32,000 nt of DNA from Cognatilysobacter bugurensis (GCF_014652095.1 NZ_BMYD01000001.1:268633-300632); one strand, 5' to 3'; shown: positions 18,761 through 27,851, numbered from the stretch's first letter. Numbers and translations are program-made. Notes: generated by a model from the letters alone, not told the origin.

Positions 18761-21700
18761 GTGACCCTCGCCGCCAAGCATTTCGACCCGCAACTCGGGA
18801 TCGACATCCATCAGTACCTCGCTCCGCCCGCGCCGCTGCCGACGCCGCATATCGGCATGGTGCTGGACCCGTTCGACTATCTGCCGATCATCGGCGGCAC
18901 CGTGCACGTCAGTGGAGTGAAGCGCGCGACGGCCGGTACGGGCGGACTGTGCATCCACATCCCGCTCGGCGCGTGGGTACCGCCCATGAAGGCACCGATG
19001 GGCCCGCAGTTCGAGGACGAGTTGTTCATGGGCAGCCGCACCGTGCTTGCCGATGGCGAGCCGTTTTCGCGCCTCGGCATGCCGGTGCTCGATTGCAACC
19101 TCGTGGGCATGATCCCGCCCGTGCGGCCGAAGAGCCCGCCGAAGCCAAAGATGTCGCTGACGCTGCCGACCGCGATCAACGTGGCGATCCCGACCACCGT
19201 GAACGTCGGTGGCCCCCCGACGATCTCAATGACCGCCATGGCGTTCAAGGGCGCGTTCTGGCTGCTCAAGAAGAGCGGTGTCGCACGGCGTGCGGCCGAC
19301 GCGTTCGCGAACATGCGCCGTCGGGCGTGCAAGAACATGAACCCGGGGCTCCTCAAGTGCAAGGTGTTGCGCGCTGAGCCGGTCGATATCCGCGACGGCA
19401 GCGTCGTCGTGACGCACGAGGATTTCTCCATCCCCGGGCGCCTGCCGCTTGCATGGACGCGGCACTACCGCTCCTCCGAAACGTATGCCGGTGCGTCCGG
19501 CCATGGCTGGCAGACGCCCGCCGACATCCGGCTGGTCATCGAGCCGGACGGTGCGGTGCTGTTCGTGGATGTGCAGAGCACGGCGGTGTTCCCACATCTG
19601 CCGGCAGGGGAGGGCACTGAACACGCGGTGCTCGAGTTCGTCGACGGTGCCCGTCTCATGCGCGAGGCCGATGCCTGCGGCGTGCGGTACGTCGTCCGGA
19701 CGAAGGACGGCCTGCGGTACGTCTTCGTCCCGCCCTCGAACGGCCCGTCGAGCATGCCGATCGAACGCATCGAGGACCTGTGCGGCAACCACTGGCAGTT
19801 CGAACGGGTCGACGGGCACCTCGTGCGTATTGTCGAGAGTGGCATCATCGACGAGGAAACCGGCCAACCGTTGCAGGGGCGCTTTCTCGAAATCGATTCA
19901 CGGCAGGGCCGCGTCGAGCGCATCGCGCTGCACGACCCCGGCACGGGCCTGAACTATCCGCTCGTTCGCTATCGATACGATGCGGCGGGCGACCTCATCG
20001 CCGCGCACGATGCACTGGACGCGCCAAGGACGTTCGAATATCGCGAGCACCGGATGGTGCGGCATACCGACCGTCTGGGTCTGTCGTTCCACTATGCGTT
20101 TGACGACCAATGGCGCGTCATTCGCAGCTGGGGCGACGGTGGGCTCTACCGTTATACGTTCGAGTACGACGCGCTGCTGCGCGAGACGCAGGTCACCGAC
20201 TCGCTCGGCCACACGTCGCTGGTGAAGTTCGACGAGAACGGGCTGCCGCTGTGCGAGATCGACCCGCTCGACGGTGTGGCCGTGTTCGAGTACGACGACG
20301 TCGGCCGCACGACCGCTGTGGTCGATCCGATGGGGTTGCGGACCGCGTTCGACTATGACGAGCGCGGGAATCTGCTGAAGCTGACGCGGGCGGACGGAAG
20401 CGTACTGGAAACGTCGTATGACGCCGGCGACCGGCCTGTCGATGTCATAGATCCGGGCGGCGCGATATGGTCGCAACGATGGGACGACCGTGGACTGCTG
20501 CTCGAGCAGAGCACGCCGCTCGGTGCGATATCGCGCTTCGGCTACAACGCTTACGGCCAGTTGCGTACGCACGCGGATCCACTCGGCGCTGTGACGCGGC
20601 TGCAGTTCGACCGCCATGGCCAATTGCAGCAAGTTGTCGATCCGTTGGCTGTCACAAGTCACTACCAGCACGATGCGCTTGGAAGTCTGCAGGCACAGAC
20701 CGGTCCCGCGGGGCAGGTGACACGTTACCGGCATGACGGCAAAGGCCGCCTGCTGGAAATGATCCAGCCGGATGGTGGCCGTATCCACTGCGAATACGAT
20801 GCCGAGGACCAGTTGCTGAGGCATCGTGATGAGGCAGGCCATGTCACGAGGCTCGAGTACGTGGGCATCGGCCAGATTGCGCGGCGCCTGCAGGCCGACG
20901 GCCACAGTGTGTGCTACGAGTACGACACCGAAGAGCAACTGACGGCCGTCATCAACCAGCGTGGCGAGCGCTACGAACTCAGGCGCGATGCGCTGGGCCG
21001 CATCATCGAGGAGGTCGACTACTGGGGGCAGGCCCGCCTCTATCGGTACGATGCGTGCGGGCGGCTCCTCGCGACCGAGGATGCGCTCGGCCATACGGTT
21101 AGCTATACCACCGACAAACTCGGCCGCGTCTTGGGCAAAGCGCTTCCAGATCCGGACCGGACGGGCCATCTCGTCCAGGAAACCTTCCGATACGACGACG
21201 GAGGGCGCCTGGTCGAGCTCCGCAATCCGCACCGCCATGTCACGTGCCGGTTCGACCCGGAGGGCCGCCTCGTCGAGGAGGTGCAGGACGGTTTCCGCAT
21301 CACGAGCCGGTTCGATGCACTCGGTCGGCGCGTCGCTCGCGAGACCAGCGCCGGCAATCGCGTGCTGCATACGTTCGATGCTCGTGGCCAGGTCGGCACC
21401 GTGCGGATTAACAACGATGTGCCGATCGTGATCGAGCGCGACCTTCTCGGGCGAGCGGTCAACGAGAAGCTGGGTGAGCATCTGCAGCGCAGGCTGCACT
21501 ACGACGGACGGGGCCTGATGACCGTGCAATCCGTTCTGCGCGACGAGTTGCCGCTGTTCGAAACCTCGTACGGCTATGACGGCAGTGGCAACCTGACGGA
21601 GCGCAGGGACAGCGAACACGGCAGCGATTGCTACACGCATGACCCGCTGGGACGGGTCATGAGCCACGCCGACCCGACGGGCCGCATCGCGCATTTTCTC

Positions 21701-23437
21701 AACGATGCAGCTGGCGACCGCCTCCAGACGCGCGTGCGGCCGGCGCGGATGAAGCGCGTCTCCGGTGGTGATGCCATGCCCGACCTGTGGACGCGAGAGG
21801 GTGTCCACGAGGGGGTCCGCTACGTCTTCGATCGCACCGGCACGCTGGTGCTCCGTAGCACCGATCAAACATGTGCCGGCCTGGCGGACCGGTCGGAGGA
21901 GCTGCACCTCCGCTGGGACGCCAGCCAGCGCCTAGTCGAAAGCCGGAAGGGCACGGAAATCACCCGGTACGGATACGACGCGGTGGGCCGTCGGGTATTC
22001 AAGCGCAACGCGACGCACACCACGTGGTTCTTCTGGGACGGCGACACCCTCGCCGCTGAAGTCGTGCAGGATGACGCGTCGCGCGCGCCGTGCGCCGCGA
22101 CGGGCAGCAACGTCCTCGAGTTGACCGAGTTCCAAGAGAAGAAGCGGCGCACTGCGGCGCTTCACGCACGTGCCCGTGAGTACGTGTATCACCCCGGTAC
22201 GTTCGTACCGCTGGCGCTGATCGAGCGGCAGCCGATCGACTCTGCCCTACATGTTCGACCACGGTCGGCCTGCGAGGTGACTGCCCGCTCGGACGTGGAC
22301 AACACATCCGAGCCGTCGGCGCCTGCCGCGCGCGCCCTGTCGCGCAACCGGTTTCGTCCTGATCCAGGCGATCCGACCGGGGTATTGCTGGCAAGCCTGT
22401 CGGAAGATCCAGGATGGGCCGTTCTCGGCCACACCGCCGGCCTATCCGGGGCGATGCGCAGCAGAGGCCTCGGGTCACTGTCACTGGGCGGCGCCCCGGC
22501 TGACCGCCCGGGCGCGGGAGCGCTGGGCCGAACGGCGCTGCTGGGCGGAATCGTGCGCGAGCCGGCGCCTGCACGCCCCGCCAGGCCTTCGGAGACGGAC
22601 CAGTCGCGAGTAAGGAAGCGGCCGGCGGACCCAGCTCGAATTCCACCCGAAGATTCCGGCGCGGCGGAGGTGTACTACTACCACGTCGATCCGAACGGAT
22701 GCCCCACCCGCCTGACCGACCCGCAGGGAAACGTCGTCTGGTCGGCGAGCTACACGGCGTGGGGGGCAACGACTCGGCAGTCCGGCAGCATCCAGAACCA
22801 CCTGCGGTTGCAAGGACAATATCTGGATATGGAGACCGGGCTCCACTACAACCGGTTCCGCTATTACGACGTCCGCACGGGCGCCTACATCTCGCAGGAT
22901 CCGGTAGGGATCGCTGCCGGCCCGAACATTTACGAGTATGGCCCGAACACCGGCATGTTCGTCGATCCGTTGGGTCTGAGCCGCTACCGGCGCGTCACCG
23001 CCAGCGACGGCCGCACCGTATATCAGCGCGACGACCTATTCGATCCGCAACGCAAGAGTGCCTGGAAGGACCCCGTCACCGGGCAATGGAAGCGCGGTTC
23101 GAACCTAGATCGCATGGGTGACGGGCTCGCGCCGATCGGCACGGATGGGAAATCGGTACAGCTGCACCACCTGACGCAGACCGAGATCAACACATTCACC
23201 GGGCAGCGCGGTTCACTGGTCGAGATACTGACCGACACGCATCAGAATCATTCCAGGATCCTCCACTATCCGTTCCCGCGTGATCCCAACCGTCCGAAGC
23301 AGACGCTGCCCCGCTACCCGAGTTTCCGTAAGAATGCTGACGGAACGGCATCCGCACTCGACAAGCAGTTCAACGACTTCAGAACCGCTTACTGGAAACG
23401 GCGCGCGGCCGATCTCCTTTCCGGCTGCAGGTCATAG
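18761..23437 (+). CDS. rhs: PAAR-like Rhs-family T6SS toxin with C-terminal HNH/EndoVII-like nuclease domain (1558 aa)
   Basis: In-frame GTG at 18761 with AAGGA 5 nt upstream. The track ORF starts at 18233, but that part overlaps the upstream genes. The N-terminal PAAR-like region reads KHFDPQLGIDIH...MGSRTVLADGEPFSRLGMPVLDC. A plug-like motif follows (AEPVDIRDGSVVVTHEDFSIPGRLPLAWTRHYRS). There are many YD/RHS repeats (YRYDAAGDL, FEYDALLRE, FEYDDVGR, FDYDERGN...). The core end reads YYYHVDPNGCPTRLTDPQGNVVWSASYTAWG...QGQYLDMETGLHYNRFRYYDVRTGAYISQDPVGI...PNTGMFVDPLGL. Confidence 0.93.
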   Translation: MTLAAKHFDPQLGIDIHQYLAPPAPLPTPHIGMVLDPFDYLPIIGGTVHVSGVKRATAGTGGLCIHIPLGAWVPPMKAPMGPQFEDELFMGSRTVLADGEPFSRLGMPVLDCNLVGMIPPVRPKSPPKPKMSLTLPTAINVAIPTTVNVGGPPTISMTAMAFKGAFWLLKKSGVARRAADAFANMRRRACKNMNPGLLKCKVLRAEPVDIRDGSVVVTHEDFSIPGRLPLAWTRHYRSSETYAGASGHGWQTPADIRLVIEPDGAVLFVDVQSTAVFPHLPAGEGTEHAVLEFVDGARLMREADACGVRYVVRTKDGLRYVFVPPSNGPSSMPIERIEDLCGNHWQFERVDGHLVRIVESGIIDEETGQPLQGRFLEIDSRQGRVERIALHDPGTGLNYPLVRYRYDAAGDLIAAHDALDAPRTFEYREHRMVRHTDRLGLSFHYAFDDQWRVIRSWGDGGLYRYTFEYDALLRETQVTDSLGHTSLVKFDENGLPLCEIDPLDGVAVFEYDDVGRTTAVVDPMGLRTAFDYDERGNLLKLTRADGSVLETSYDAGDRPVDVIDPGGAIWSQRWDDRGLLLEQSTPLGAISRFGYNAYGQLRTHADPLGAVTRLQFDRHGQLQQVVDPLAVTSHYQHDALGSLQAQTGPAGQVTRYRHDGKGRLLEMIQPDGGRIHCEYDAEDQLLRHRDEAGHVTRLEYVGIGQIARRLQADGHSVCYEYDTEEQLTAVINQRGERYELRRDALGRIIEEVDYWGQARLYRYDACGRLLATEDALGHTVSYTTDKLGRVLGKALPDPDRTGHLVQETFRYDDGGRLVELRNPHRHVTCRFDPEGRLVEEVQDGFRITSRFDALGRRVARETSAGNRVLHTFDARGQVGTVRINNDVPIVIERDLLGRAVNEKLGEHLQRRLHYDGRGLMTVQSVLRDELPLFETSYGYDGSGNLTERRDSEHGSDCYTHDPLGRVMSHADPTGRIAHFLNDAAGDRLQTRVRPARMKRVSGGDAMPDLWTREGVHEGVRYVFDRTGTLVLRSTDQTCAGLADRSEELHLRWDASQRLVESRKGTEITRYGYDAVGRRVFKRNATHTTWFFWDGDTLAAEVVQDDASRAPCAATGSNVLELTEFQEKKRRTAALHARAREYVYHPGTFVPLALIERQPIDSALHVRPRSACEVTARSDVDNTSEPSAPAARALSRNRFRPDPGDPTGVLLASLSEDPGWAVLGHTAGLSGAMRSRGLGSLSLGGAPADRPGAGALGRTALLGGIVREPAPARPARPSETDQSRVRKRPADPARIPPEDSGAAEVYYYHVDPNGCPTRLTDPQGNVVWSASYTAWGATTRQSGSIQNHLRLQGQYLDMETGLHYNRFRYYDVRTGAYISQDPVGIAAGPNIYEYGPNTGMFVDPLGLSRYRRVTASDGRTVYQRDDLFDPQRKSAWKDPVTGQWKRGSNLDRMGDGLAPIGTDGKSVQLHHLTQTEINTFTGQRGSLVEILTDTHQNHSRILHYPFPRDPNRPKQTLPRYPSFRKNADGTASALDKQFNDFRTAYWKRRAADLLSGCRS
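22979..23434 (+). other. Rhs C-terminal polymorphic toxin domain (152 aa after DPLGL)
   Basis: Sequence: SRYRRVTASDGRTVYQRDDLFDP...IGTDGKSVQLHHLTQTEINTFTGQRGSLVEILTDTHQNHSRILHYPF... The G-x4-LHH-x2-Q...G-x-L-x-E-I...H-x2-H pattern fits treble-clef HNH/EndoVII toxins (LHH/GH-E-type signatures). The subfamily is not certain. Confidence 0.55.
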
Positions 23438-23445
23438 GACCCCAT

Positions 23446-23895
23446 ATGTACGAGCAACTTCAGGAAAAAATCTCCAGCACCGATGTGATCCGCTGGCACC
23501 CGGGGCAGGAGGTCGAGGACGAGTGGATTGCCGACGCCGAGCAGGAACTCGGGGTTCGGCTGCCGCCGTCATACAAGTGGTGGTTGAAAACGTTCGGCAG
23601 TGGCGCCGTAGGCGGCTCGGAGATTCTGACGCTGGCGCCGCCCGAATTCCGTGACGACGCCGACGCCGATCTCGTGTACATCCATCGCCTGAACAGGGCG
23701 AACCCCAACTGGCCGGAGGGCCGCATCTTCATCCTCCAAACCAGTCCGGAAGAGGTGTTTTACTTCGATCTAGGCGACGTATCGGCCAACGGTGAATACG
23801 CGGTATTTCGCGAGGATGTGTTCGGAGCCAAGCCGGAACGCTACGCCGATTCCTTCTCGCAGTTTCTCGAGCGCCTGATCGACGAGTACGCCTAG
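23446..23895 (+). CDS. SMI1/KNR4 (SUKH-1) family immunity protein
   Basis: ORF of 149 aa starting 8 nt after the rhs stop. SUKH-like signature: AEQELGVRLPPSYKWWLKTFGSG...EILTL...VFYFDL...SFSQFLERLIDE. G+C is lower than in the flanking genes. Confidence 0.8.
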   Translation: MYEQLQEKISSTDVIRWHPGQEVEDEWIADAEQELGVRLPPSYKWWLKTFGSGAVGGSEILTLAPPEFRDDADADLVYIHRLNRANPNWPEGRIFILQTSPEEVFYFDLGDVSANGEYAVFREDVFGAKPERYADSFSQFLERLIDEYA

Positions 23896-23914
23896 GGCGG
23901 GGCAGCCGGATCCG

Positions 23915-25318
23915 TCAGACCAACCCCGTCGCATAGAACACCGCGATCACCACGAACACTGCGGCGGTCTTGATCAGCGTGATCGCGAAGATGTCCTTGT
24001 AAGCCTGGCGGTGGGTAAGACCGGTCACCGCCAGCAGGGTGATCACCGCGCCGTTGTGCGGAAGCGTGTCCATGCCGCCGGACGCCATCGAGGCGACGCG
24101 GTGCAACACTTCCATGGGGATGCCGGCCGCCTGCGCGTTCGCGATGAAGCTCTCGGCCATCGCCGCGAGTGCGATGCTCATGCCGCCCGAGGCCGAGCCG
24201 GTGATGCCGGCCAGCGCGGTCACGGTGACCGCCTCGTTGACCAGCGGGTTCGGGATCGAACCGAGCGCGTTCGCGACGACGAGGAAGCCGGGCAGCGCGG
24301 CGATGACAGCGCCAAAGCCGTACTCGCTCGCAGTGTTCATCGACGCGAGCAGCGCACCGCCGATCGCGGTCTTCGTGCCGTCGGCAAAGCTCGAGAACAC
24401 CTGCTTCCACGCGAACAGCAGCACGGTCGCGATGCCGACGAGCAACGCGCCCTCAACGGCCCAGATCGCAGCGACCTTGGTGACGTCCTGCACCACCGGC
24501 GTCGCGGTGCCCATCACCGCCGGCATGAACTCGTGGCTCGTGCCGTACACGCGTGGGATCAGCGCGGTGAACAGCTTGTTCGACACGCCGACCATTACCA
24601 GCGGCAGGATCGCGACCAGTGGATTTGCGAGCGCGCCGCCTGCATACGGCGCGGGCTCGTTGAGGAGGGTGGCCGGGTCGCCGTAGCCCTCGCCGCGTGC
24701 AGCCGCGGTGCGCCGACGCCATTCGAGGTAGGCGAGGCCGACGATCGCGATGAAGATCGCGCCGATCGTGCCGAGCACCGGCGCGGCCCATGACGTGGTG
24801 CCGAAGAACGCGGTCGGGATGATGTTCTGGATCTGCGGCGTGCCCGGCAGCGCGTCCATCGTGAACGTGAATGCGCCGAGCGCGATCGTGCCCGGAATCA
24901 GGCGCTTGGGGATGTCACTCTGGCGGAACAGCTCGGCCGCGAACGGATAGACCGCGAACACGACGACGAATAGCGATACACCGCCGTAGGTCAGCAGTGC
25001 GCAGACCGCGACGATGGAAAGCATCGCGCGGCCCGCGCCGAACAGGCGGATCGTCGCGGCCACGATCGCCTTCGAGAATCCCGAGATCTCGATGAGCTTG
25101 CCGAAGATCGCGCCGAGCAGGAACACCGGGAAATACAGCTTCAGGAAGCCGACCATCTTGTCCATGAACAAGCCGGTGAACATCGGCGCGACGAGCGACG
25201 GGTCGGTCAGCAGCACGGCGCCGAGCGCGGCGACCGGCGCGAACAGGATCACGCTGTAGCCGCGGTACGCGACGAACATCAGAAACAGCAGCGCGGCCAG
25301 CACGATCAGAAAGGACAT
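23915..25318 (-). CDS. GntP-family (gluconate/organic-acid:H+) permease
   Basis: Inner ATG (complement of 25316-25318, GGGAG RBS) of ORF 23915..25858; 467 aa and polytopic. GntP-like segments are LLGAIFGKLIEISGFSKAIV, ALPGTPQIQNIIP and GGMDTLPHNGAVITLLAVTGLTH. Confidence 0.75.
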   Translation of the reverse strand: MSFLIVLAALLFLMFVAYRGYSVILFAPVAALGAVLLTDPSLVAPMFTGLFMDKMVGFLKLYFPVFLLGAIFGKLIEISGFSKAIVAATIRLFGAGRAMLSIVAVCALLTYGGVSLFVVVFAVYPFAAELFRQSDIPKRLIPGTIALGAFTFTMDALPGTPQIQNIIPTAFFGTTSWAAPVLGTIGAIFIAIVGLAYLEWRRRTAAARGEGYGDPATLLNEPAPYAGGALANPLVAILPLVMVGVSNKLFTALIPRVYGTSHEFMPAVMGTATPVVQDVTKVAAIWAVEGALLVGIATVLLFAWKQVFSSFADGTKTAIGGALLASMNTASEYGFGAVIAALPGFLVVANALGSIPNPLVNEAVTVTALAGITGSASGGMSIALAAMAESFIANAQAAGIPMEVLHRVASMASGGMDTLPHNGAVITLLAVTGLTHRQAYKDIFAITLIKTAAVFVVIAVFYATGLV

Positions 25319-25565
25319 CGGGGCTCCCGGAGGGCTGGGGCCGGCGCGACGCGCGCGGCGATCGGACATCGCACCTGCGCGGCATGCGCGGTTCGACGCG
25401 TCGCAGTGTCCGCAGCTAGCCGCGGCCGAGGCATTGTCCGAAGGTACAGCTGCTGCTCGGCGGTGCCGGCTCCTAGGCTTGCGGGCAAGGTGGCGAGCGC
25501 CGCCAGACCGAATCGCGCCGGACGACCTGTCCGGCACATCGACATGCATCCGGGGAGAAGTACCG

Positions 25566-27821
25566 ATGGGCCGCACCGCCACCAGCCGCAAACGCCTCAC
25601 CGTCGCCATCGCCTGCGCGCTGCTTGCGCCGGCCGCCTGGGCGCAGGACACAACGCCCGCCTTGCAGGCGGAGCGCGCGGAAGAGTCCCGTCCGGACCCG
25701 GGCATTACCAGCCTCGGCGGCGTCAAGGTCACCGCGCGCAAGCGTGAGGAAACCCTGCAGGACGTGCCCGTCGCGGTCACCGCGTTCACCGCCGACGCGC
25801 TGGACAAGCTCGCGGTCGACGACCTGTCCGACCTCGACGCGCAGGTGCCGAACCTCACCGTCTACGCCGCGCGCGGCTCGACGAGCACGGTCACCGCGTA
25901 TATCCGCGGCGTTGGCCAGTCCGATCCGCTGTGGGGCGTGGACCCGGGCGTCGGCATCTACCTCGACGACGTCTACATCGCGCGTCCCCAGGGCGCGTTA
26001 CTCGATGTGTTCGACGTCGAGCGCGTGGAGGTGCTGCGCGGGCCGCAGGGCACGCTGTATGGAAAGAACACGATCGGCGGTGCGATCAAGTACATCTCAC
26101 GCGGCTTGCCGACCTCGCTGGATGGCTTCGCATCCGTCACGGTCGGCAACTACAACCAGCTCGACGTGAAGGCCGCGGTCGGCGGTCCGATCGGCGGCGA
26201 GAACAGCGGCCTGCGCGCCAGGGTGGCCGTCGCCAGCCTCAACCGCGGCGGCTTCGGTGAGAACCTGTTCACCGGTCAGGACGTCAGCGACAAGGAAATC
26301 ACGGCGGCGCGCTTCAACCTCGGCGCGTACTCCGGAGGCGACCTCGACATCCAGTTCGCGTTCGACTGGGTCGACGACCAGTCCGGCGTGCGCGGCGCGC
26401 AGATGCTGTCCCCGAATCCGTTCGCACCGGCATTCCCGCCGCTCACCGACCGCTACGACATCCGCAGCGGCATGCGCAACGTCAACGACACCGAGATCAA
26501 GGGTGCGTCCGCGACCGTCAACTGGCGCGCGAACGAGGACTGGACGCTCAAGTACGTGATCGCCAAGCGCGAGAGCGACAGCGCGACGAACATCGACTTC
26601 GACACCACGCCGCTCGAGATCGTCGACGTGTTTGCGCGTTACTACGACGAGCAGGTCAGCCACGAGCTGCAGGCGAACTATGACGCCGGCGGCCGTGCGC
26701 GCGGCGTGGTCGGCCTCTATGCGTTCGACGGCGACGCCGGCGGCGTGGTGCAGAACATCTTCGGGCGTCCGGGCCAGCCGGTGTCGATCGTGAACCCGAT
26801 CTTCGGCGACACGCGTGGCGAAGTGGGCACCGAGAGCATCGCCGTCTACGCGGACTGGTCGTTCGATATCAGCAACCGCATGGAGTTGAACCTCGGCGCG
26901 CGCTACACCGACGAGGACAAGAGCGCGTTCGCGCTCAACCGCTTCTACACCGACCGCACCTACACCGTCGTCGGGCCGCTGGGCACCGCGGCGAACTTCG
27001 ACAAGACGGTCAACTTCCAGAATGTCTCGCCGAAGGTCGCGCTCAACTACGAGATCACGCCGGACATCATGGTCTATGGCCTCGCGACGCGCGGCTTCAA
27101 GTCGGGCGGCTACAACATCCGCGCGAACACCACGGCCGTGCCGCGCTCGGGTGAGCCGTTCGATGACGAGGTGGTCGACAGCTTCGAGGTCGGCAGCAAG
27201 ATGGCACTGCTCGACAGCCGCCTGTTCCTGAACCTCGCGGCGTTCCACAACAAGTACGAAGACATCCAGCTGTCGGTGTTCACCGCTTTCACGCTTCCCA
27301 ACGGCCAGCAGAGCTTCTTCGGCGACTTCACGAACGCCGGCGCCGGCACGGTGAACGGCGTCGAGGTCGAATACCAGTACCTGCCGACGCCGAACTGGGC
27401 GATCAGCGGCAACCTCGCGTGGCTCGACGCGAAGTACGACGAGTTCATCACCGGTGGTGTCAACGTCGCCGACAGCCAGTTCTTCACGAACGCACCCGAG
27501 TTCTCGGGCGCGCTCAATGTCGAATACCGCACGGAACTGGCGGGCGGTGGCAACCTCTCGGCGCGTGTGGGCTACGCCTACCAGAGCGAGGTCTGGCCGA
27601 CGACTGACCTGAGCCCGCTGATCCGCCAGGACGGCTACGGCGTGGTCAACGCGACGGTGAGCCTGCGTCTCAATGACGCCTGGTCGATCCAGCTGCAAGG
27701 TACGAACCTGGCCGACGAGGAGTATCGCACCACGGGCTACAACATCGCTTCCTACGGGATCGTCACCGGCTTCTACGGCGCGCCGCGCCAGGTCTCGCTG
27801 TCCGCGCGTTACGACTTCTGA
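25566..27821 (+). CDS. TonB-dependent outer-membrane receptor
   Basis: Inner ATG at 25566 (GGGGAGAAG upstream) of ORF 25434..27821. Signal peptide ...ALLAPAAWA/QD. The plug reads LGGVKVTARKREETLQDVPVAVTAF...RGSTSTVTAYIRGVGQSDP...VERVEVLRGPQGTLYGKNTIGGAI. The beta-barrel ends in ...SARYDF. Confidence 0.92.
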   Translation: MGRTATSRKRLTVAIACALLAPAAWAQDTTPALQAERAEESRPDPGITSLGGVKVTARKREETLQDVPVAVTAFTADALDKLAVDDLSDLDAQVPNLTVYAARGSTSTVTAYIRGVGQSDPLWGVDPGVGIYLDDVYIARPQGALLDVFDVERVEVLRGPQGTLYGKNTIGGAIKYISRGLPTSLDGFASVTVGNYNQLDVKAAVGGPIGGENSGLRARVAVASLNRGGFGENLFTGQDVSDKEITAARFNLGAYSGGDLDIQFAFDWVDDQSGVRGAQMLSPNPFAPAFPPLTDRYDIRSGMRNVNDTEIKGASATVNWRANEDWTLKYVIAKRESDSATNIDFDTTPLEIVDVFARYYDEQVSHELQANYDAGGRARGVVGLYAFDGDAGGVVQNIFGRPGQPVSIVNPIFGDTRGEVGTESIAVYADWSFDISNRMELNLGARYTDEDKSAFALNRFYTDRTYTVVGPLGTAANFDKTVNFQNVSPKVALNYEITPDIMVYGLATRGFKSGGYNIRANTTAVPRSGEPFDDEVVDSFEVGSKMALLDSRLFLNLAAFHNKYEDIQLSVFTAFTLPNGQQSFFGDFTNAGAGTVNGVEVEYQYLPTPNWAISGNLAWLDAKYDEFITGGVNVADSQFFTNAPEFSGALNVEYRTELAGGGNLSARVGYAYQSEVWPTTDLSPLIRQDGYGVVNATVSLRLNDAWSIQLQGTNLADEEYRTTGYNIASYGIVTGFYGAPRQVSLSARYDF

Positions 27822-27851
27822 CCGATCCGGCCGCTCCCGAAGACGGCGCGG

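Noticed and set aside
18767-18811. prePAAR motif (AARxxDxxxH) at the Rhs N-terminus (AAKHFDPQLGIDIH)
   Set aside because: This is only a partial match: K replaces R, and the His is 4 residues further than in the motif. I saw no clear TM helices and there is no DUF1795/Eag chaperone gene, so calling it a prePAAR effector is not supported.
25319-25858. 5' extension of the permease ORF (647 aa in the track). Similar upstream extensions exist for murB (to 11385), pyrD (to 12425), ALDH7 (to 14403), ispG (from 7209), the TonB receptor (from 25434) and the ECF sigma (to 1630)
   Set aside because: The extensions are low-complexity. Conserved N-termini begin at internal ATGs preceded by Shine-Dalgarno-like sequences, and several extensions would overlap neighbouring genes or the tRNA.
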